Assembly (NCBI GenBank): GCA_963733195.1
Contig: CAVTCR010000071.1
Location: forward strand, 96,001-160,000
Direction of reading: 5' to 3'
DNA length: 64,000 bases
Source of the DNA: an uncultured delta proteobacterium
GTDB lineage: Bacteria; Desulfobacterota; Binatia; Bin18
Each line of letters begins with the position of its first letter. Position 1 is the stretch's first letter. The notes under the pieces were generated by a model. That model was not told the origin of the DNA. It worked only from the letters and a program-made list of their open reading frames with translations, and made no database searches. Below, piece after piece: positions 1 to 9,621 of this stretch. A program made the position numbers and the translations under genes.

Positions 1-100
1 CTTGGCATTTTTTGAGTTTTGAGACAGCCTCATCGTCATATTCACGAGGTTGCTTCGAGAAACTCCTGGATTTAAGGTATTCCTGAGGAGGTATCCATTT

Positions 101-586
101 ATGGCAAACGTCACGAACTTCACGCCCAAGGAGTTGAATCAGATTCGCGAGATTATTCCCTTAACTGGCTTTGCTGTCGCAGTCGCTGGGAATAGCGGCA
201 TCATCGGTACTTTCAAGGAAGCAGCCGCAACCGCGAGAGGGCTAGGCGAAGCCGCAGCAAAATATCCACAAAACGAACTGATTCAATCGCTCCTCAAAGA
301 CCTCAGCCAAAATCGTCCGACCATGCCGAAATACAATCCGCTTGAAGCGGGTATACAAGAGAAAATTAAGACTGACGCTTTGGAAAAAACTCGTCAGGTG
401 GTTACCGTGCTCTCGCAGAAAGCTCCACCACAAGAAGTGAATGAATTCAAACAATGGATACTGGCTGTGAGTGAAAGTGTCGCCAATGCCGCAAAGGAAG
501 GAGCATTTCTTGGGATTGGGGGAGAACGCGTGAGTGCAGCAGAAAAAGCGATGCTCACTGATTTGCAAGGGGTATTGAGCGTCTAA
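101..586 (+). CDS. Hypothetical helical protein of unknown function
   Basis: ATG at 101 preceded by GAGGAGG (85-91); 161-aa open frame with plausible composition and a C-terminal A-KEG-FLGIGGERVS-E motif. Confidence 0.7.
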   Translation: MANVTNFTPKELNQIREIIPLTGFAVAVAGNSGIIGTFKEAAATARGLGEAAAKYPQNELIQSLLKDLSQNRPTMPKYNPLEAGIQEKIKTDALEKTRQVVTVLSQKAPPQEVNEFKQWILAVSESVANAAKEGAFLGIGGERVSAAEKAMLTDLQGVLSV

Positions 587-635
587 AGATCAAAAATTGA
601 ATAAGTTCCCAGCTTCATGCGGAGATTCGGGGTCC

Positions 636-784
636 TGTCATTGCGAGAAGCCCCTTCGACTTCGTTGCGCTCCGCTCAGGACAGGCTCTATCGAAGGGCT
701 TACGCTGAACGGCGTGTGGTCGCCCTTCGATTCTGCGCACTTGAACAACGATTACACACTATTGTCAGCGCCGCACCAATGACA
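636..784. repeat. Palindromic REP/MITE-like element TGTCATTG...CAATGACA with an internal CCCTTCGA...TCGAAGGG hairpin
   Basis: 8-bp terminal inverted repeat at 636-643 and 777-784; the same termini occur at 6088-6208; lies between convergent genes. Confidence 0.6.
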
Positions 785-1011
785 CAAAAAGGTGATGTCA
801 GTTCAGCGAATAGACGTCAGGGCACTTTTCACCCGCGCTCTCGATATCGTCCTCATCAACCCAACCGATCTTACCATTGATCTTGTACGTGGCCACAACT
901 CGGACTCGTATCCATTTCCCTAAACCTAAAGAAGGAAGTCGCTCCAGGTTCCAGCCTAGCTACTCCTTTCCCAGAAACTGAGGGGGGCGTTTTGCAAAGA
1001 AGGCAGTAATC

Positions 1012-2534
1012 GGGTAAGCGTCTCGAAAGTAGGTGGGAAATGCGTAAAAATAGCGACTGAGGAGTGAGCAACTCAACACTCTCGTTATAAGCAGGAGGCA
1101 CTGTCATGACTGACTTACACCTGACACCCGAGCAAGAGGCGGAAGCGCAAGTCGTCTTCCAGCGGCTGAAGGTGGCGTTTGAGCGCGAAGCCCTACAGTT
1201 GGCGCGGTTGATGGCCAGTAAGGAAGATCGCCAATTGTTGGGGAGGACGGAGTTTGAGGTGCGCGACCACGTGCATCGGTTGGGGGCGCAGGTGGTGGAA
1301 AGCGTGTTACAGGAACGGAAAAAAAGGGTACCAGGGGACGAGTACAGCCTGTCCGGTCTGCGCGGAGCCCGCGCGCTGCGTAGGCTACCGCGGCAAGACG
1401 ATCGTGAGTTTGCTCGGGGCGGTGCGTCGGCGCGGCCTTATTACCATGGCGTTCGTGTGGGCAGGGCGTCTGTCCCTGGGACGCGGTGTTGGGAGTGACA
1501 GCGACGGCGTTAAGTCCGGGGGTGGAAGAAGTAGCCTGTATCGCCGGAGTGCAGGGCAGTTTTGCGGAGGCCAGTGCGAAGGTGTTACCCAAGCTAGCAG
1601 GGCTGCAGCTGGCCGAATCGACGGTGGAGCGCACGACGGAAGCGGCGGGGCAGCGCCTCGCGGCGGCGCAGACGGTGGGGCAAAGTGAAGAGCCCGGGCA
1701 GGAGTGGGCGTGGCACCGGGATGCGGAGGGGAAGACGGTGGCGTATGTGGCGGTGGATGCCACAGGGGTCCCGCAACAAGGGCGCGACGGAGCAAAAGTG
1801 GAGAGTCGCATGGCCAATGTGGCGGTGCTGTACAATCCGGTGCCGGCGGACCGGGCACGCTGGGCGAGTCCGGCGGTGGGGCCGGAGCCAACGTGGCAAG
1901 CCCGGTATGTGGCTAGCCTGGAGCGGATGGCGGTGGTGGGCGCGGCCATCCGCCAGCAGGGCGTGGCGGTGGGGATCGAGCGGGCGGAGCGGTGGATTGC
2001 GCTGTCCGATGGGGGCAATGGGCTGGAAGACTGCGTGCGCACGCACTTTCCGCGCGTTGAGGTGGTCATTCTCGATTTCTACCACGCCGCGGAGTACCTC
2101 AGTGACTTGGCCAAAGCCTGGCACGGGGCGGATGCCAACGCCGGAGAGGCGTTAGGCCAGCAATGGTGTCACCAGCTCAAGCATGAAGGGGGCGCGGCGG
2201 TGTTGGCGACGGTACAGGGGTTGGACCTCCGCGGCCGCTCCACCACTGCTCGTGAGTGTTATCAGGCTACGGTGCGCTACTTCACGAATCATCTCCCGCG
2301 CATGGATTATCCCACCTATCGCGCCAAGGGGTGGCAGATTGGGAGCGGGCCGGTGGAGTCGGCGTGCAAGCGGGTCGTAGGGCAACGGCTCAAGGGAGCG
2401 GGCATGCGGTGGGGAGAAGACGGAGCCGAGGCGGTGCGTCGTCTCCGGGCTTTGTTTGTAAGCGAGCCCGGGCCGTGGGACGCTTTTTGGAGCCGAAATT
2501 AACACTTAGTGATCTACAAACGAGACGCTGACCC
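1012..2534 (+). mobile_element. ISKra4-family-like insertion sequence (about 1.5 kb)
   Basis: Imperfect 23-bp terminal inverted repeats GGGTAAGCGTCTCGAAAGTAGGT and ATCTACAAACGAGACGCTGACCC enclosing a DDE transposase. Confidence 0.85.
1106..2502 (+). CDS. ISKra4-like DDE transposase, split across frames (A7 run at 1319-1325 and further shifts at about 1430-1455)
   Basis: Motifs CPVC...YYH...C, AVDATG, SDGGNG, ILDFYHAAEYL, IGSGPVESACK and RLKGAGMRW. Confidence 0.85.
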
Positions 2535-3609
2535 CGAATCCCTTCCTTCACATCTTGGCCGTCGGCGGCGTGGGTCAAGGCGTCGAGTTCGTGCGCAAGG
2601 TGGTCTGCAAATTGAGTCTCTCCCTCCGCAGCTCGCATGAGGCGTTTTGCCGTCGCGTAAGATGCCGTGGGCCCTTCAGCAAGCTGCCGGGCGGTGCGAG
2701 TCACTGTGTTCTCAAATTCCCCGTCGGCATACACTGTACCGATGAGGCCCATCTGGCAGGCCTGATGGGCACTCAGTTGTTGGTTCAGGAGAGCCAGCGT
2801 CATCGCGTGTTGCAGACCCACGAGTCGAGGGAGGAAAAACGTTGTCCCTTCCGCACCCGTTAAGGCGGTCTTGAAGTAAGCATACTCGAAGGTTGAACGG
2901 GCCGAGGCGATGACCAGATCACATCCCAAAGCAATTCCGATCCCTCCGGCGGCGACAATTCCATCCACCGCAGCAATGACCGGCTTGGGGGCACGTTGAA
3001 ACGTGCGGATCAGATCGTGAAAATACCCCACAATCTGCCGGAAGCCTGCACCGTAACTCTGCTTACCCGCTTCTACCTGAGTGCGAATATATTTGAGGTC
3101 GGCTCCACTACAAAACACTTTGCCCGTACCGCGCAGGACAATGACTCGGATTGTTTCGTCCTGGGCGTACCATAGTCCGGCCTGGTATAGGGCTGTGGCT
3201 CCCTCAAGGTCGAGGGCGTTGAACCGTTCACTGCGATTAATGATGATCGTTCCTACTGCACCGTCGCGAGCGATCCGTACTTGTGGTGCAGCCGCGGACG
3301 GGAGGAGTGCACTGCTGTGCAGCGGCAGTTGGGGCGGTACTGGTTTGCCACTTCTCGTGATTGGTTCGTTCGTTTCGTAGGTTGTCATAAACATTTCTCC
3401 TCGTAGTCGTTCCCTGTTACTTGTTCGCTGTTGCTTGTGGCCTTGTAGCCGCAACTCGCGTCACTCACTGGATTGATACCGATCAGGTTTCTACTTCCTG
3501 TAGATAAAGAACGCATTAGAAACCTCCTCCTACAGAACTGTTGCATTCCACAGCTCCGGCGGGGCGAAGGCTCTCTTGCAGAGAGAGATTCTTCACCTAT
3601 GAGTGGAGT

Positions 3610-5334
3610 CTACGAACAAGTGGTCGTTGTCATCATGTTCCCAGTGGCGTCACTCCAGCCATCGACGTACCAGCCTCGCAGGTCAGTCCGCCCGACGCTC
3701 ACAAAATCACGCAGGAACATTTCCATTGAGTATGTATACGTCAGGTACGTCATCGTGGTGTCAAAGAAAGAAGCATCGGCATAGACACCGTTATGAACGC
3801 CACAATTCGGCATCCACGCAAACCAGGTGGGGAAGAGGCCGATGCCGCTCAAGCTCAGTCGGCGCCGGTGGCGAGTTCCGACCGAGACAATGAACCATCA
3901 AGAAGAGTCTGAAACTGCTGGGTGAGACGGGGACGGTGTTCGTCTGGAATGCTAAACACTGGTGGACACGGATTGTGATCTGGAGGGCAGTGGGCGAAGC
4001 TAGCCCAGTCCGCCTCGTCAGCCCAGACGACAGGGTGTCCAGTGCCTCCAGCTGTATGCTCTTGATTTGGGTCGCTGAAATCTTCACGAATGAAGAAGGG
4101 GGTGGCGATGTGGTTGAAGAGGACATGGGCGCGATCACGACATTTCCAGTCATCCCCGGTTGCTGCGTGCGTAGCGAGGCAAGAGGCGTCAAAGGCCAAG
4201 TTCCAGCTATTATACTGTTCAGAAAAATGGCCAGCAGTATGGTAGGTCGTTCCATCGTATACGAATGGAATACCGCTCCCCACCGGTTTCGCCTGACCAG
4301 ATATTGCTATAGGAATCACCAAGAGGGTTTCCGTTCGTATCAGTGACGAAGGCGGCTTCGTTCTCAATCGACTCAGTGAAGTTGGCATCGAATACGGCCC
4401 GCACGTCACCTACAAATCCAGGGAGGGCTGCCAGCGATGCCGCCAGATGATCGATATTGTGATACAGGCCGTGCGCGGAGCCGGAGTGTCCGACAAACAG
4501 CACCTGATCAGCATCCACAAGTGGAGGTAGCGATTCTTGCGCTCTGACTACGTGTGCACTGCCGCCCGCCCCGCTCACACTCCACGTCGTATAGGCGAGA
4601 CCGTTCTGCAGAACCGCGAACGCTTCTTCCATGATCGGGTAGCCTTGCTGATACAAATTGAAGTCGACAACGACACCACCCGGTCCGGTTTCACTGAAGT
4701 AGCCGCCTGCAGCCTCGTAGGTGACACGACCGTTGTAACGATCGTAGCTACACTTCTCGACGAGTATCCGGTTGTACGCAGCAAAGGTCGGGTTTTGTAG
4801 CGGGTTCGGCCGATTGATGCCCTGAAAGGCTTTCATTGGCGGTTCGAGTGCGGTGCCCATTTCATCGCGTTCGTTTAGGTCACCGTAGGTATCGAGGCAG
4901 GCCTGTCCATCGTCATACACGCCATCTCCATCACTATCGGAGGCATTACAGGAGCCACCGCCAGTCATGGAGATGATCCACTTGTTCGACTCGATTGGCT
5001 GACCGAGGGTACAATTTGCCCCATCGGTACAGACCGCTTTATCGACGTAAAGGATTGGGCGAGTGCCGTCTAAGCAGTGGACATCCAGGTTGTTATTGAG
5101 AAAGACGCGAGTGAAAGCTTTCACCTGTGAGGGGTTATTGGGTTGGGTGTTGAGATTTGCTTGGGGTGGAATGCCAGGGAAGACAGCACAACGTAAAGAG
5201 TCTTGCCAATATGGATCAGCTCAGTTGTTTACTTGAGCCCTTGCTACACCGGTGCCGAGCAACGGCACGACAAAGGAGAGAGCCAGTGCAAAGGCGGGAC
5301 GAAGACAACTATTAGTCCAATAAAAGGAACGCAT
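3610..5334 (-). pseudogene. Secreted pectin-acetylesterase/Notum-like alpha/beta hydrolase with an in-frame TGA and two frameshifts
   Basis: Signal peptide from ATG 5334 (RBS GGAGG); motifs HCLDGT, WIISMTGGGSC, YNRILVEKCSYD, VLFVGHSGSA, VRAVFDA and CGVH lie across ORFs 4219-5124, 3855-4409 and 3610-3852. Confidence 0.65.
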
Positions 5335-5415
5335 AAAGCCTCCAAAAAAGATTGTTGAATCTGACACGTCCTGCAGTGATGATGTCTTGAGTACAGAAGA
5401 CGAACGGAAGCGACA

Positions 5416-5448
5416 GAAAGTTGTGGGAAAGTTGTGGGAAAGTTGTGG
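5416..5448. promoter_or_regulatory. Three perfect tandem 11-bp direct repeats (GAAAGTTGTGG)x3; candidate winged-helix regulator operator
   Basis: Repeats seen directly, in the divergent intergenic region between the hydrolase and the wHTH relic. Function is inferred. Confidence 0.55.
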
Positions 5449-5629
5449 AATTTGTGCATGTCACCTCTTTTATTCGCTGTTCGATCGATCGGTTGAGTGT
5501 ATTTTCCTTAGGACTTATGTTTCTCGCTGTAATAAGGTTTACGAAACAGGAGGAGAGAAATCCTTACAAACTTCCTCAATCTCTCTTTAATTGTTCTTTA
5601 ATTTTTCTCTGAGCGCTGAGAGGACGCAC

Positions 5630-6051
5630 ATGAGGAAGTCGGAGCGGTATGTTTTTCCACCGTTTGTGGTGGATACATGAGCAGGAAGTCTGTACCGCGA
5701 TGCAGAAGAAATCGTGCTGCGGCCAAAAACGTTCACGATGCCGTGCTATCTGCTCGAACGTTCTGGGCAGTTGGTAAGCAAAGACGAATTGCTGGAAAAA
5801 ATCTGGATGGGACGTACGTGGCCGAAGGCACGCTGACGGTGCGTATCTCGGAGTTACACAAAGCGTTCGGGGATGACAAGAAGAAGCCGCGCTTCATCGC
5901 GACTGTACCGCGCGATGGCCTTATTCGATCAGACAGTACAGAAGGCACGAGAGTTGAAGATGGACGAGTCAGAGCAACGTGCCTTAGCGATCAGAACAGA
6001 AATCAAGACCAACCTCCAGAAGCAAAAGCGCAGAAAACTCACTCTTCGTAA
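5630..6051 (+). pseudogene. Decayed OmpR/PhoB(CadC)-type winged-helix transcriptional regulator
   Basis: ATG 5630 reads YVFPPFVVD*...LRPKTF...LLERSGQLVSKDELLEKIW, then shifts frame to YVAEGTLTVRISELHKAFGDD...PRFIATVPR-G; in-frame TGA at 5678. Confidence 0.75.
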
Positions 6052-6087
6052 TTTACGTCTGGCAGTTGTGAACAACAGGAAGAGTGC

Positions 6088-6208
6088 TGTCATTGCGAGG
6101 AGTCAAAGACGACAAAGCAATCTCGTCACCTCTTCCTCTTGCCAGCGAGATTGCTTCGCGGAGTTTATCCTAAGCGTAATTAGTGAAACCGAAGGGCTTG
6201 CAATGACA
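6088..6208. repeat. Palindromic REP/MITE-like element TGTCATTGCGAG...GCAATCTC...GAGATTGC...CTTGCAATGACA
   Basis: Nested inverted repeats seen directly; shares termini with 636-784. Confidence 0.75.
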
Positions 6209-6228
6209 TGAGGGGCTCACTTCTCGGG

Positions 6229-7821
6229 GGGTGTGGTTTCCATACTGCACCCCCTGTTATGCCGCCCATCGGATCGCCTTGCGCAACGGGCGTAACGTCA
6301 GGGTCATCGCAGACTCCCAGCGATCACTGAGGGCTAGCGCCCGCAGATTCAGGAGATGTTCTCCGGTCGCTTCCTTCCAGCGGGCCCCCGGGCGTTTCAT
6401 GCGCATGGCCACCAAGCTCTTACACGTCGCCTCGACGTTACCGCTGCCGACGGGGAATCCACGCCGACGGGCGGCGGCATAGTTCATCCGGGCCTGATGG
6501 TTCTCCAAATAGGTGATAGCTTCGTGTACGGGGCGACTCGTGCCGACCGTCGCTGCGCTTTGCCCGAAGCGTGCAATTCCTGCAGGATCTCGGCAACACT
6601 GCTCGTGCGATTGAGCAAGCGCAGGCGCCAGCCGTGCAGTACGGTGCTGCCGTGCGTCTCCCCATAGAGGAGCCGAGCGGCACTGCCCAGCTTCTCGAGC
6701 AAGTGCCAGAGGTCCACTAACTGGCGGACTGGCACGCCCAGCGTCTCGGCATTGAGATGTGCGGTCAGCAGCTTCCACAAGTCCGCAGCCCCATCCGCCA
6801 GCAGGATCACTCCGAGCCCGGGCTGCTTGCGGAGCAACGTACACACATCGTGAGTCAGAGACCGACACAGCTCTTCGACATCCCCGTGGGGCATCCGTCC
6901 ATAGCGGATCGTGTGCAAGGCTTCTCCTGTACGGTCATGCAGCGTGAGCGTGGCACAGTAGGCCATGCGAAACTGCCGCCAGACCTTGCGCAGATGTCCG
7001 CCGGACTGCGGTGCCCGTTCTGCGGCTGTCCCCGCCTCTTCCATCGGCACGCTGACGCGATCCAAGGCGACACTGACACTCGCCGCTTCCGGGGGCACGC
7101 GGTACTCTTCGATCAAGCTTTCCTCTAGGTCGACCCGCACGGCCGTGTACTGCCGTCCCACCTCCTGCCCGATACTCTCAAAACTCGACCGCGCATAGGG
7201 TAAGCGACCCAGCATCTGGGCTGTGCTCTCCGCCTCCCGTGAGGTGCCCTGCTGGAGTTGATGCGCCATAGCCTGGGCAGTCGCGGGTAGCCAGCCCTCG
7301 CCCACTGCCCCACACCGTAAGCTGACCGCATTGACGGTCTTGGCGTTGCGCTGTCCGCACTCGCGGTACAACGTCCGCATAATCCGCACCGGCCCGGCCA
7401 TCGTGTAGTAGTCCGCCTCATACCGCCCGACCCGCCGATACTCCAGCCCCTCGATCACGACGCGGGGCTGATCGATGTCCAACCCCTGCAGCACTGCTTG
7501 ATGCCCCGCCCGCTCAATGGCTGCCACTCCTGCCGCGACTTGCCGCTCAATCGCAGCGTAGTCGACCGCCCGTCCGCCGCGCGTACTGCGCCAGTTCGCT
7601 TCCACTTGCCGGATCATGGCCTTGACCGCTTCACCGACTCCCTTGAGTTCGTCAGGCATCTCAATCACCATTTGCATTGCAGGGTATCCTCCCTCGGGTT
7701 TTATCGCTAACTCTCCGATGGCATGGCTCTGCCCTGCGTTCAACCTCCACCTGGTCTGCTTTTCCTTCACAACCGCTCTCGGTTGCTATGTTCTTTCCCG
7801 CTCAGTATGGAAGCCACACCC
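6229..7821 (-). mobile_element. Second, distinct ISKra4-family-like IS with a 9-bp target duplication
   Basis: 19-bp terminal inverted repeats GGGTGTGGTTTCCATACTG and CAGTATGGAAGCCACACCC (1 mismatch); direct repeat CTTCTCGGG at 6220-6228 and 7822-7830. Confidence 0.9.
6257..7677 (-). CDS. ISKra4-like DDE transposase, one frameshift at about 6530
   Basis: Motifs VALDRVSVPM, LADGA, VDLWHLLEKL, VGSGNVEATCK and RMKRPGARW. Confidence 0.85.
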
Positions 7822-7842
7822 CTTCTCGGGCAGCCTCCTAGC

Positions 7843-8337
7843 TCATTTCCCAATCCCCTGGTACGTCGCCAGGATTCGTTCAATAATCCCAGTGGTGGAT
7901 AAACCTTCTTGATACGGGATGAGCACAACTCTCCCGCCATTCGCTTCGACGACTTCTCGTCCAACGACCGCTTCAGGGTCCCAATCTCCACCTTTGACCA
8001 ATACGTGCGGTTGAAGTAACTCGATTAACGCAAGCGGCGTGTCTTCCTCAAAGATCGTTACATAATCGACCACTGCCAAAGCAGCAAGCATCACAACACG
8101 TTCGTCCTGATTGAGAATCGGTCGACGTTCACCCTTAAGGCGTTTAACCGAGGCATCACTATTGATACCGACGATCAACACATCTCCTAAGGCTTTCGCT
8201 TGTGTCAAGGTGTGAATATGACCAGGATGCAAAATATCGAAACAGCCGTTGGTGAAGACGATGCGTTTGCCAGAGCGGCGGAGAGTGGCAATGAGTGGTG
8301 CGAGTACCTGAGCTGGCTGATATTTCGGTGAGAGCAC
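7843..8337 (-). CDS. rfaE2: D-glycero-beta-D-manno-heptose 1-phosphate adenylyltransferase (RfaE domain II)
   Basis: [22 protein letters not shown] and LVKGGD motifs. Confidence 0.92.
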   Translation of the reverse strand: MLSPKYQPAQVLAPLIATLRRSGKRIVFTNGCFDILHPGHIHTLTQAKALGDVLIVGINSDASVKRLKGERRPILNQDERVVMLAALAVVDYVTIFEEDTPLALIELLQPHVLVKGGDWDPEAVVGREVVEANGGRVVLIPYQEGLSTTGIIERILATYQGIGK

Positions 8338-8351
8338 GCGGCTAGACTTTT

Positions 8352-8387
8352 CCCCTCACCCGTCCCTCCTCCCTCAAGGAGAGAGGA
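8352..8387. repeat. Degenerate CCCCTCACCC...GGAGAGAGG REP-like repeat
   Basis: Pyrimidine/purine block palindrome in the intergenic space. Confidence 0.4.
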
Positions 8388-8472
8388 ACCTCCAAGTGAG
8401 GCCTTTGTAAATGAACAGGCTATGGAGTTTTCTGCCGAACGTCGAAAATGAGGAACGTAACTGTTTCCGAAA

Positions 8473-8502
8473 CTAGCCCCCAGCCCCTAACCCCTAGCCC
8501 CC
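8473..8502. repeat. Short heptamer tandem repeat (CCCTAGC/CCCCAGC/CCCTAAC)
   Basis: Four degenerate 7-bp units directly downstream of argC. Confidence 0.6.
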
Positions 8503-8506
8503 ATTT

Positions 8507-9559
8507 TCACGGATGCATCCCCAACATCGTGAGTCCAGTCTCTTCTGGCAATCCAAACATCACATTCATGTTCTGCACTGCCGCACCAGCTGCACCTTTG
8601 ACAAGATTATCGAGGGCAGAGAAAACCACGACTCGGCCACGCTTGTTATCGACATCAAGACCGATCTGACAGAAATTCGAGCCTGCTAACGTCGCGACAC
8701 TCGGATACGGTAGATATTGCCACGAGACTTTCGGGTCTTTGTCCATATCGAGAACTTGGACAAAATACTGCCCTTGATAAAACTCTTTGAACAGATCAAG
8801 CACCTGTCCGCGATCAAGATGATCGGTCAAGAACCCATGACATGCCGCAAGGATGCCGCGGGAGAACGGCGCATAAAACGGCGTAAAATTGATTTGCAGT
8901 TTTTCTCCTGCAATTACCGACAGCTCTTGTTCTGCTTCGTAGGTGTGGCGATGATCGGTGACGTTGTAAGCGAAGATCGCGTTGCCAATTTCGGCGTGCT
9001 GGCTCTGTGTCTCTGGAACTGCACCGGCACCTGAGGTTCCCGACATTCCATCAACCAAAATGTGATCTATATCGATCAGTTTCTCTTGCACCAACGGAGC
9101 GAGACCCAGAATCATTGCCGTAGCAAAGCAGCCCGGATTGGCGATGAGCCGCGCTTTCTGTATGTCGTCACGCCGTAACTCCGTAAGACCATACGGGGCC
9201 TCGCCGACGAGCTCCCAACACGTATGTTTAGCTTTGTATACAGTTTCGAAAATTTCACGATTCTTCAGTCGGAAGTCTGAGCCGAGATCAACCACCTTAC
9301 TCCCTTGCTCCAGAAATCGCCCAGCATGCAACATGGACTCACGTGACGGGGTACATAAGAAAACAACATCTCCCCCGCGTGCTTCCTCTAAGGTGATAAA
9401 GTCGAGGCCCATACCGTAGAAGTTACGGTGGATATGTTCGAGCTTCTTGTCACCGCGCGAGGTGACCCATTTGACGCGCGCTGAGGGGTGCTGCAACAGA
9501 ATGCGCAGCAGTTCACTGCCCGTATACCCCGAACCACCGACGATGCCGACTTCTATCAT
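8507..9559 (-). CDS. argC: N-acetyl-gamma-glutamyl-phosphate reductase
   Basis: GIVGGSGYTGSEL, IANPGCF, SGTSGAG and DNLVKGAAGAAVQNMN. Confidence 0.93.
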   Translation of the reverse strand: MIEVGIVGGSGYTGSELLRILLQHPSARVKWVTSRGDKKLEHIHRNFYGMGLDFITLEEARGGDVVFLCTPSRESMLHAGRFLEQGSKVVDLGSDFRLKNREIFETVYKAKHTCWELVGEAPYGLTELRRDDIQKARLIANPGCFATAMILGLAPLVQEKLIDIDHILVDGMSGTSGAGAVPETQSQHAEIGNAIFAYNVTDHRHTYEAEQELSVIAGEKLQINFTPFYAPFSRGILAACHGFLTDHLDRGQVLDLFKEFYQGQYFVQVLDMDKDPKVSWQYLPYPSVATLAGSNFCQIGLDVDNKRGRVVVFSALDNLVKGAAGAAVQNMNVMFGLPEETGLTMLGMHP

Positions 9560-9621
9560 CGCTCCGTCCTCCTGGAGAATTACTGTCGCTGAAGCGACGC
9601 GAAAAAGCAATCCGGCAGCTC

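Larger units (their letters stand above)
960..3388 (-). pseudogene. Enoyl-CoA hydratase/isomerase (crotonase family) interrupted near its 3' end by an IS
   Basis: Crotonase motifs FCSGADL, PKPVIAAVDGIVAAGG and LPRLVG in 2535-3388; the C-terminus ITAFFAKRPPQFLGKE* resumes at 1010-960 on the far side of the IS. Confidence 0.85.

Noticed and set aside
1-31. TTTTGAGACAGCCTC, a possible IS or repeat terminus at the window edge
   Set aside because: No partner end or transposase is visible in the window.
5416-5448. CRISPR array or iteron origin
   Set aside because: The repeats are 11 bp with no spacers, and no cas or rep gene is nearby.
5221-5680. Two in-frame TGAs in adjacent genes as evidence of TGA reassignment
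   Set aside because: TGA is a normal stop in many core genes here (tuf, trpF, argC), and the regulator has other lesions.
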